From: a virus
Direction: 5' to 3' (one strand)
Length of the DNA stretch: 28,407 nt
IMG/VR virus record: IMGVR_UViG_2554235475_000003
Coordinates: 1-28,407 of that record
This document shows, one piece after another, positions 1-6,721 of the stretch. Position numbers and translations under genes: made by a program. The notes beneath the pieces are model-generated. The model did no database searches, had not been told where the DNA came from, and worked only from the letters and a program-made list of their open reading frames with translations. How positions within the stretch are numbered: the stretch's first letter is position 1; each line of letters begins with the position of its first letter.

Positions 1-453
1 ATGCCTGCCACGAGCCAACACAACGAGCAGGCGATCGCGACGCCGAACCCGTCGCCAGAGAACACCGCCGACCACGGAGAGAATCCGGCGCGATTCCTCG
101 TCGAGGAACTCACCGTCGACGATGGCGACGGGACCACGGGCGAGTTGATGCTCGCACGCATCCGCGGGTTGGAGACGGTCGCGCTGTGTCGGTTCTGGCT
201 CGGCGTCGAGCGCTACCTCGCTGCGCAAGCGGATCGCGAGCCACGCGATCGCGTCGTCGACGCCCTCGAAGCGCGCGAGGAAACCCTCCGGAAGCGAGGT
301 GAGGGGTTGGCCCAGGCCGGGCTCTCTGCAGAGGAGCGTCGCGAGCGTGCCACTGAGCTGCAGACCGAGTCGGTCGCGACGCTCGTCGACGAGGATGGCG
401 AGGAGATCTCGTGGAGTCGACAGCGCGGCGCCGTCCTGGAGGCAAGCCGATGA
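1..453 (+). CDS. Hypothetical viral protein (150 aa) with a helical domain resembling that of the 11000-11371 protein
   Basis: Acidic ORF whose stop overlaps the next ATG (ATGA 450-453). The start may lie upstream of the window. Confidence 0.7.
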   Translation: MPATSQHNEQAIATPNPSPENTADHGENPARFLVEELTVDDGDGTTGELMLARIRGLETVALCRFWLGVERYLAAQADREPRDRVVDALEAREETLRKRGEGLAQAGLSAEERRERATELQTESVATLVDEDGEEISWSRQRGAVLEASR

Positions 454-611
454 GTAGCGACGGAGCGGCGAGGTGCCACAGCTGCGGCGAGAAACACACT
501 GACTGGGAGAAAGACGGTCAGCACGCTGTGGACAGCGGTTCCCACCAAGGCATCATTACGCGCTGGGAATGTGGGCGCTGCGGAGCGATCACGGAGGCCG
601 GTCGACGATGA
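450..611 (+). CDS. Small zinc-finger protein (53 aa; CHSC...CGRCG)
   Basis: ATGA-coupled at both ends (450-453, 608-611). Two CxxC pairs, like haloarchaeal CPxCG-related one-domain Zn-finger microproteins. Confidence 0.7.
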   Translation: MSSDGAARCHSCGEKHTDWEKDGQHAVDSGSHQGIITRWECGRCGAITEAGRR

Positions 612-709
612 TCGACGACGAGTACGCCGTCCGCCGACTCCGCTGCTACGAATTCGCGTACGTCGTCCCGTGGGCTGAGCTCGTCGAAGACATGGAGGAA
701 CTGCGATGA
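608..709 (+). CDS. Microprotein, 33 aa (MIDDEYAVRRLRCYEFAYVVPWAELVEDMEELR); not in ORF track
   Basis: Exactly fills the gap between two genes, with ATGA overlaps on both sides (608-611 and 706-709). Acidic composition. Confidence 0.55.
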   Translation: MIDDEYAVRRLRCYEFAYVVPWAELVEDMEELR

Positions 710-1134
710 GCATCTTCGAAGACCTCTACGAGGTCTACTATCAGGCGGGAACTCACCGCGACCACGTCACTGGCTCGTGCGAGGCCGACACGCTCCTGGA
801 GGCGCTTCGCGCCGTCGACGCAACGACCGGCGCCGACGTGGACATCACCCGGGGCGACGTCGTCGTCATCCTCGACCGGCAGTCAGCCGAGACGATCTCT
901 GAGCGGCTCGGAGACGACGTCCACGTCGCATTCGAGGATCCACTTGTCCCTCGCGAGCACCTGTATCTCGCCCCGAGTCGGATCGAGCAAGTGCTCCCCG
1001 GGAAGACGCAGGTCCACACCGTCGGGAATCCGTCACGCTGGGGGCTCGTGATGGATCCGAACTGCGTCAGCTACGACAACGAGGTCATCGACCCTGCAGG
1101 CGTCGTCGGGATCTCGTGGGTGATCGAGTCGTGA
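706..1134 (+). CDS. Hypothetical protein (142 aa)
   Basis: ATGA/GTGA coupling and haloarchaeal codon usage. GGAGG at 694-698 upstream. Confidence 0.75.
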   Translation: MSIFEDLYEVYYQAGTHRDHVTGSCEADTLLEALRAVDATTGADVDITRGDVVVILDRQSAETISERLGDDVHVAFEDPLVPREHLYLAPSRIEQVLPGKTQVHTVGNPSRWGLVMDPNCVSYDNEVIDPAGVVGISWVIES

Positions 1135-1391
1135 CCCAGACCGTCGACGTCGCCGACCTGCCGCGCTCGACGAGAGAACACCTCGCCGAGCTCCCACCGA
1201 CGGCCACAGTCGTGTACCTCCACCTCCGCAACGAGGGGAACCCCAGGACGCTGCGACAGATCGCCTACGAGACGGTCCGTCCACAGCGGTCGATACGCCG
1301 CGCACTCCGCCAGCTGCACGAGGAGGGAATGGTCTCGTGCTCGCCGCGGCACACGGATCCGCCACAGTCGGAATGGCAGGTCAACGAGTGA
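1131..1391 (+). CDS. Winged helix-turn-helix DNA-binding protein (MarR/TrmB-like), 86 aa
   Basis: GTG start overlaps the upstream stop. Pattern PPTATVVYLHL...TLRQIAYET...RSIRRALRQLHEEGMV is a typical wHTH. Confidence 0.75.
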   Translation: MTQTVDVADLPRSTREHLAELPPTATVVYLHLRNEGNPRTLRQIAYETVRPQRSIRRALRQLHEEGMVSCSPRHTDPPQSEWQVNE

Positions 1392-1532
1392 GCGACAAAA
1401 TGGCGCTCGGGGGTCGACTTAAGCCTACGGCCAAGCAACAGATGGTCGACGACGGCACCGCCACATGGTCCCGAGCCTGAGAAGGTGATGACAGGGTCAG
1501 TCCGACAGCACCGCGCTTCTCCTCTTGCCCGC

Positions 1533-2015
1533 ATGTCTACTACGCAACAGTCACTCGATGAGTTCACGACTCGTCGCGATGTCGTGCCCGCCCGCGTGTT
1601 CGAGCGCTACCTCTGGACGAATCCCGAGGTGTGCAGCGAGTGTTTCGCCCGGATACGCACCGAACACACGATGACACGCGACCAGTGGGGAAACACCGTC
1701 ACCGAGCTCGACCGAGCAGACGCAGGCATCCAGGGGTACGACAACGTCAACGGCGGCGGCGTGTACCTCCCGCGAACGTTTTGCGAAGACTGCGGGGGGC
1801 GCGGTCACGCCGACCCCGAGACGGACTCGAAGATTCAAGCGACGCGCCGTGCCACACAGATCGTCGCCCGCCTCGACGAGCGCAACATCCCGGTCGATGC
1901 CCGAGCGCTCCGCCGAGCCACCCGCGTGCTCAAGTCGAAGCCCGAACTGGAGGCGCTGGACCGCGAGATCTACGAGCGCGCCACGAAGATCGCCGTCCGG
2001 AGGGCGCAGTCGTGA
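1533..2015 (+). CDS. Zinc-binding hypothetical protein (160 aa; CSEC...CEDCG)
   Basis: Two CxxC pairs. The ATG at 1533 (MSTTQQSLDEF) is preferred over 1485 because the N-terminus is typically haloarchaeal. Confidence 0.72.
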   Translation: MSTTQQSLDEFTTRRDVVPARVFERYLWTNPEVCSECFARIRTEHTMTRDQWGNTVTELDRADAGIQGYDNVNGGGVYLPRTFCEDCGGRGHADPETDSKIQATRRATQIVARLDERNIPVDARALRRATRVLKSKPELEALDREIYERATKIAVRRAQS

Positions 2016-2191
2016 GCCTCTCACAGTACGACCGGGTCGCGTTCGACTTCGCCGGTCGCGAGCTCGTCGGCGACGCTGTGAACTACCACCCTGCCGCCGA
2101 CGTCAACGGCCCGGACGGGCTCCTGGTCGTCGACGTCGACGGCGAGCGCTACCGGGTTGCAGAGTCGCAAGCCGAGCAGTTGGATCGATAG
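2012..2191 (+). CDS. Small beta-rich hypothetical protein (59 aa); 3' end overlaps the tRNA
   Basis: GTGA coupling at 2012-2015. Acidic sequence SLSQYDRVAFDF...VAESQAEQLDR ending TAG 2189-2191. Confidence 0.6.
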   Translation: MSLSQYDRVAFDFAGRELVGDAVNYHPAADVNGPDGLLVVDVDGERYRVAESQAEQLDR

Positions 2192-2255
2192 CGCAGTCTG
2201 GGAGCGCACGGCACTGAAGACGCCGCCTGCCCCGGTTCGAATCCGGGTCGATCCG
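2182..2255 (+). tRNA. trnF: tRNA-Phe (anticodon GAA), virus-encoded, no CCA encoded
   Basis: Full cloverleaf: acceptor GGATCGA/TCGATCC, D-arm GCGC-AGTCTGGGA-GCGC, anticodon arm CGGCA-CTGAAGA-CGCCG, variable loop CCTGC, T-arm CCCGG-TTCGAAT-CCGGG, discriminator G. Confidence 0.92.
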
Positions 2256-2414
2256 TGTCCCGTGGGGCGCGCCTTCTGATGAAGGCCAGGTCAACCCCAC
2301 GGGGATGTTGAAACTCATGAGCGACCGGCAGCCGGGAGATAGTGACTCTCTGTGTACCTTCTCGACGACGACATCGTCGCGTGAGTGGTTGCAAACCCTC
2401 AAGTCCGGTCGCCT
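2256..2414 (+). ncRNA. Candidate structured ncRNA of unknown family, between tRNA-Phe and a tRNA-like element
   Basis: Helices CCCGTGGGG(2259-2267)/CCCCACGGG(2295-2303) enclosing GCCTTC-TGAT-GAAGGC. GCGACCGG(2321-2328)/CCGGTCGC(2405-2412) closes a multibranch with three hairpins. No credible ORF. Confidence 0.5.
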
Positions 2415-2515
2415 TGCTGCGCCTGTGGACAGGTGACGGAGGCCGCTATGGGGCGGGCGAAACCAAAGCCCGTCACGCGGCTCCCCCGTCCCGGGTTCGA
2501 TCCCCGGCGTAGCGT
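2415..2515 (+). ncRNA. tRNA-like element (canonical T-arm and acceptor stem, no canonical anticodon arm)
   Basis: T-arm CCGGG-TTCGATC-CCCGG (2491-2507). 3' acceptor strand CGTAGCG (2508-2514) can pair with TGCTGCG (2415-2421) or CGCTATG (2444-2450). Followed by TTTT (2515-2518). Confidence 0.55.
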
Positions 2516-2558
2516 TTTCGAGTCGTATCGCACGCTAACCCCACCGTTTCCACTCCAA

Positions 2559-2666
2559 ATGCCCATCCCGTCTTATCGTTCGACGACCGACCAGTGCCCG
2601 GAGTGTGGCGCCAGCTACACCTCGGCGAGACCCTGCGACTGCCAGCCCCTCGCTGATGTCTCATGA
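2559..2666 (+). CDS. CPxCG-type zinc-finger microprotein (35 aa; CPECG...CDC)
   Basis: ATG at 2559. CPECG motif. Stop overlaps the next ATG (ATGA 2663-2666). Confidence 0.55.
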   Translation: MPIPSYRSTTDQCPECGASYTSARPCDCQPLADVS

Positions 2667-2977
2667 GCGCTGTGCAACCCGCTCGGGCATGGTACTGCCG
2701 GGACGACGTCGTCGACGAGTACAAGAGCACCCTCAAAGAGGACGATGAGAAGCTACCGATGCTGAAGACGCTGAAGATCATCCGGGCGATCGTCGTCAAC
2801 GTCGGGCTGTTCGCCGGGTGGATCTACGCGCTCTACCTCGGCGGTGACCCGACGATCATCACGGTCTTCGCGCTCGGTGTGGTCGGCGCGTACAACGGCC
2901 TCGAACTCGGTGACTACCTCGCACTCGTTCAGGCGTACTCCGAGATCCAAGCCGAGGCCAACGACGGCGACGACTGA
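2663..2977 (+). CDS. Small membrane protein with two predicted TM helices (possibly holin-like)
   Basis: Hydrophobic stretches IIRAIVVNVGLFAGWIYALYLGG and IITVFALGVVGAYNGL, with an acidic tail. Last gene before the packaging operon. Holin role is inference only. Confidence 0.7.
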   Translation: MSAVQPARAWYCRDDVVDEYKSTLKEDDEKLPMLKTLKIIRAIVVNVGLFAGWIYALYLGGDPTIITVFALGVVGAYNGLELGDYLALVQAYSEIQAEANDGDD

Positions 2978-3050
2978 CTGCGACCTGTTCGACACCGTGA
3001 CACTCGATCGACGCCGCTCTCGCCGTCGACGTCGTCTCCGCCCGTCCCTA

Positions 3051-3063
3051 CTTAAAATATAAG
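3051..3063 (+). promoter_or_regulatory. Archaeal TATA box region (CTTAAAATATAAG) for the packaging/morphogenesis operon
   Basis: The only AT-rich island in GC-rich intergenic DNA, 35-45 nt upstream of the terS ATG. Quasi-palindromic (CTTA...TAAG). Confidence 0.65.
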
Positions 3064-3097
3064 ACCGCCCCGAACGCTGCAGAACGCTTCCTCACTC

Positions 3098-3811
3098 ATG
3101 TCCACTCGCGACCGACGTGTCACACTCGCCCTGAAGTGGCACTATCTCGACAACCTCGACGTCGACCAGATACGGGACCGCTTCGAGGAAGAAGGGATCG
3201 GGTCGTACGCACGGTCGACGATCCGGGGCTACCTCAACGAGGAGCCGAAGGACGCGGTCATCGAGCAGATCGAGGCGGAACACGCCGACGTCCGCCTGCA
3301 GATCGCCGAGCGAGAAGAGCGGATGTACCGCCGAGCTCGCAGCGCCGAGAACGCAGCGACCGAAGACGAGCCCATCCGGCGTACCGTGCCGAAAACAGAC
3401 ACCGTCCCCGCGGATCGGGAGAGCCCGATGTCGTGGCCGGCGTGGGAGATCGTCGAGCCCGGCGATCCCGACCGTCCCGAGTGGGCCGAGGAGCGCGACA
3501 TCGTGATTCGGTTCGACGACAACCAGCAGACACAGCTACGCCCCGGAGAGCGCTACCCGGTCCGGTCGATCGACGGCTCACCGACGTACACGACCGAGAT
3601 GGTCGGCCTCGATCGCGACGTCGACGACCTACCGGGACAGGCGAGAGCCCGCCAGGAACAGTCCCAACACCTCCAGGCGAAAGGCGACGCCCTGGGCGTG
3701 TTCTCCGAGAAAATCGAACTAGAGGGCGACCTCGAACACAGCGGTGGGTTCGACGTCTCGATCACTCACCACCGCGTCACTGAGGAGGACACCGATGTCG
3801 ATAACGACTGA
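3098..3811 (+). CDS. terS: Terminase small subunit (putative)
   Basis: Directly upstream of and overlapping terL. N-terminal HTH (DVDQIRDRF...YARSTIRGYL), coiled segment, and C-terminal LGVFSEKIELEGDLEH tail typical of TerS. Confidence 0.7.
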   Translation: MSTRDRRVTLALKWHYLDNLDVDQIRDRFEEEGIGSYARSTIRGYLNEEPKDAVIEQIEAEHADVRLQIAEREERMYRRARSAENAATEDEPIRRTVPKTDTVPADRESPMSWPAWEIVEPGDPDRPEWAEERDIVIRFDDNQQTQLRPGERYPVRSIDGSPTYTTEMVGLDRDVDDLPGQARARQEQSQHLQAKGDALGVFSEKIELEGDLEHSGGFDVSITHHRVTEEDTDVDND

Positions 3812-5132
3812 GGGCGTCGCGGTCGACACCACGGGCGGCACTCTCGATCTCGACTGGGGGTTCTGGGACGCCCAACTCGACGCGATCACGGCGCTGGAGT
3901 CGGGTGCGTACGACGTCGTCAACTTCCGGGGTGGCTACGGCTCGGGAAAGACGATCCTCGGCTCGCGGTGGATCATGGAGAAGGCGACGGAGGTCGCCGG
4001 CTCAGACAACCTGATCATCGCACCCGACTCCAAGAAGGGCGGCCCGACGACGTACAAGGTCTTCTTCGAAGAGCTTCCGGGCGAGGACACCGTCCCCGAC
4101 GAGGGTGGCGATCCCGAGAACTCGCCGTTCGTCGACGAGTACAATCGGAACGAGCGCCGAATCACATGGTTCAACGGCTCCGTGGTCCGCCTCGGGAGCG
4201 CCGACGTCTGGAACCGGTACGCCGGCGGGGAGTTCAACGCCATCTGGTGCGACGAGGTCGCTCACTACGAGCACACCGACATCTTCGACCTCAACCGGAT
4301 GCTGCTCTCCCGGCAGCGCACCCGTGACGGACCGAACGTCACGCTCTGGACGTCGACGGGGAACGGGTACAACCAGTACTACGACTTCGTCGAGCGCCAG
4401 GTGACGCCAGACGATGACGACCTCCCGACGCGCCTCATAAACGTCGTCGCCGACTCGCGGAACAACCCGTTCCTCCCCGAGAAAGAGAAGCTGGTCCGGC
4501 AGTTCGAGGGAACGGAGAAGGAGGATCAGGGCCTCGCCGGCGGCTTCGCGGCCGCCGAGGGGCTCGTCTACTCGGCGTTCTCTCGGCCGACGCACGTCCG
4601 AAAGCGCGACGATGTCGAGATCCGGAGCAACTGGCGACTCTACGGGTACGACTACGGGTTCAAAGACCCGCGCGTCCTCCTCGAGATCGGCAAGACGCCG
4701 GCGGACCAGTACGTCGTTCTCGATCTGTACTACGAGAGCCAGCAGCCCGTCGAACACCTTATCGATCCGAGTGACGGCTCGGGCTGGATGCTCCGCGAGG
4801 AGAAGCCCGCGGGTGAACTCTACTCCGACCACGAGCCCGAGCACATCCAGAAGTTCCGGAACGCCGGGTACGAGGCCTACGCCGCGACGAAGGACCTCGA
4901 CGAGGGCATCGACGAGATGCGGAGCGTCCTCGACACCGACGTCGACGGTCGCCCCGGGCTCATCGTCCTCGAGGACTGCACGGAACTGATCAAGGAGTTC
5001 CAGAGCTACAAGGAGGACGATGTCGGGACGAGCCGGGCGACAGACCACGCCCTCGACGCACTCCGGTACGCCATCATGGGCGATCGGTACGTCGAGGAGG
5101 ATGACGGCGCCGGCGGTTCGGGGACCTGGTGA
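3795..5132 (+). CDS. terL: Terminase large subunit (445 aa)
   Basis: Walker A GGYGSGKT, Walker B AIWCDE, coupling motif TST, nuclease motifs YGYDYG and DHALDALRY. SD GGAGG at 3783-3787 supports the ATG at 3795. Confidence 0.95.
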   Translation: MSITTEGVAVDTTGGTLDLDWGFWDAQLDAITALESGAYDVVNFRGGYGSGKTILGSRWIMEKATEVAGSDNLIIAPDSKKGGPTTYKVFFEELPGEDTVPDEGGDPENSPFVDEYNRNERRITWFNGSVVRLGSADVWNRYAGGEFNAIWCDEVAHYEHTDIFDLNRMLLSRQRTRDGPNVTLWTSTGNGYNQYYDFVERQVTPDDDDLPTRLINVVADSRNNPFLPEKEKLVRQFEGTEKEDQGLAGGFAAAEGLVYSAFSRPTHVRKRDDVEIRSNWRLYGYDYGFKDPRVLLEIGKTPADQYVVLDLYYESQQPVEHLIDPSDGSGWMLREEKPAGELYSDHEPEHIQKFRNAGYEAYAATKDLDEGIDEMRSVLDTDVDGRPGLIVLEDCTELIKEFQSYKEDDVGTSRATDHALDALRYAIMGDRYVEEDDGAGGSGTW

Positions 5133-5137
5133 TCACC

Positions 5138-6721
5138 ATGACTGACACAGACGACACTGACGAGAGTATCGACGCTGGCGCCGGCGACGTCGACCGGACC
5201 ACCGAGGCGACGGGCGACGCCCAGGCAGAGGCGCAGGCCAGAGAGGACGAGCTGCTCGCCGCGGCGCAAGTCGACATGGCGATGCGGCAGGTCCTCCAGG
5301 ACCAGCTCGGCGCGAGCATCGACGCCGAGGGGATCAACGACTACTACGACATCTTCGACTGGGACCCGAACCCGACGGCGACGCACTACTACGCGATGGC
5401 GCTGCGGAACCCGTACGCCTTCGCCGTCACGTTCCTCCCGCCGATGACGACGTGGCGCGACCCGCCGCGAATCGTCGACGACGTCGAGAACGAGGACAGC
5501 CAGACCGACTTCGAGGAAGACGTCGAGACGCACGTCCGCGAGCACGACTTGTGGAGCTACGCCACGCGGGCGGACATGCTCGCCGGCATCGGGACGTTCG
5601 GCATCCTCGTCTTGGAGTTCGACGACGTCGACCAGAACGCGGTCGGCGACGGTGAGAAAAGCCAAGGCTTCGGCAGCGAGGTGGGCAACCCGCAGCAACT
5701 GCAGGGGCTCCGGCCGTACTCGCGTGAATCGATCGACAACGTCCGCCTCGGAGGCCCCGGGAGCGGTCGGTGGGGACAGCCGATCGAGTACCAGATCGAC
5801 CTGGGCGACGAGAACGACGAGGAGTTCGGGATCGAACAAGGCGGCCCGGACACGATGTGGGTGCACCACTCGCGCGTCATCCACATCCACTCCGACCAGC
5901 TGCTCGACGACGAACTCCGCGGCATCCCGCGCCAGCAACCCGTGTACAACAACCTCGTCGACATCGAGAAGACGCTGGGGAGCGCCGGCACGCTCGCGTA
6001 CCGCGCCAGCGCATGGGGCATCAACATCAACATCTCGAAGGACTACAAGCTGGATGAAGACGCCGGCGACAAGCTCCAAGAGCATCTCGCCCGGTGGCAG
6101 TCCGGCCTCGAGAACGTCCTCCGAACGCACGGCGCCGACGACGTCCAGAGTCTCGGCGGCGAGGACATCAACCCGCAGCCGGTGATCGACCCGAACGTCG
6201 AGGCGATCTCCGCACAGACGGGGATCCCGCAGTCGGTGCTGAAGGGCAACGAGACAGGGGAGCGCTCCACGACGCAGGACCTCAAGGAGTGGTACGGGAA
6301 GATTGGGGAGCGCCGGCAGGAGTTCGTCACGCCGACGATCGTTCGCGCGCTGATCGACCGTCTCGTCGAGTACGGCATCGTCTCGGCGCCGTCGAATGGG
6401 CCTGGTGCGTACTCGGTGGAGTGGACGCCGCTCCACGAGCTGAGCGAGAAGGACCAGGCCGACATCCAGCACACCCGAGCGCAGGCGCTCAACGAGTGGA
6501 CCGGCGGGATGCCCGAGGCGATGCTCACTCGCCAGCAGCAGGCCGACTACATCGAGGACGGCATCCTTCCGAGCGAGTTCGATGAGGTGCCCGACGACGT
6601 TGAGGCGCTCGAAGAGGCATCCGCCGCTGCCGACGGCGTTCGCGACGTCGAGGAGATGACCGCGGAGTACGGCGCCGGCGAGGAGGCCGTCGCCGATGGG
6701 GGCGAGGTGGACGATGAGTAG
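5138..6721 (+). CDS. Portal protein (DUF1073-like family)
   Basis: Position after terL, about 527 aa. Motifs ISAQTGIPQSVLKGNETG and DLKEWYGKIGERRQEFVTP...WTPL. SD GGTGA at 5128-5132. Confidence 0.85.
   Translation: MTDTDDTDESIDAGAGDVDRTTEATGDAQAEAQAREDELLAAAQVDMAMRQVLQDQLGASIDAEGINDYYDIFDWDPNPTATHYYAMALRNPYAFAVTFLPPMTTWRDPPRIVDDVENEDSQTDFEEDVETHVREHDLWSYATRADMLAGIGTFGILVLEFDDVDQNAVGDGEKSQGFGSEVGNPQQLQGLRPYSRESIDNVRLGGPGSGRWGQPIEYQIDLGDENDEEFGIEQGGPDTMWVHHSRVIHIHSDQLLDDELRGIPRQQPVYNNLVDIEKTLGSAGTLAYRASAWGININISKDYKLDEDAGDKLQEHLARWQSGLENVLRTHGADDVQSLGGEDINPQPVIDPNVEAISAQTGIPQSVLKGNETGERSTTQDLKEWYGKIGERRQEFVTPTIVRALIDRLVEYGIVSAPSNGPGAYSVEWTPLHELSEKDQADIQHTRAQALNEWTGGMPEAMLTRQQQADYIEDGILPSEFDEVPDDVEALEEASAAADGVRDVEEMTAEYGAGEEAVADGGEVDDE

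Noticed and set aside
2276-2320. Hammerhead ribozyme (CTGATGA at 2276-2282 and GAAAC at 2310-2314)
   Set aside because: Stem II cannot close properly between the two motifs, no GUH cleavage triplet pairs after GAAAC, and CTGATGA is buried in a 6-bp hairpin.
2276-2414. C/D-box guide sRNA (TGATGA resembles box C)
   Set aside because: No downstream CTGA box D in the element.
2444-2515. Second canonical tRNA (e.g. Gly-CCC from CTCCCCC)
   Set aside because: No 5-bp stem flanks that loop, and U8/A9 and D-loop consensus bases are absent. Reported as tRNA-like only.
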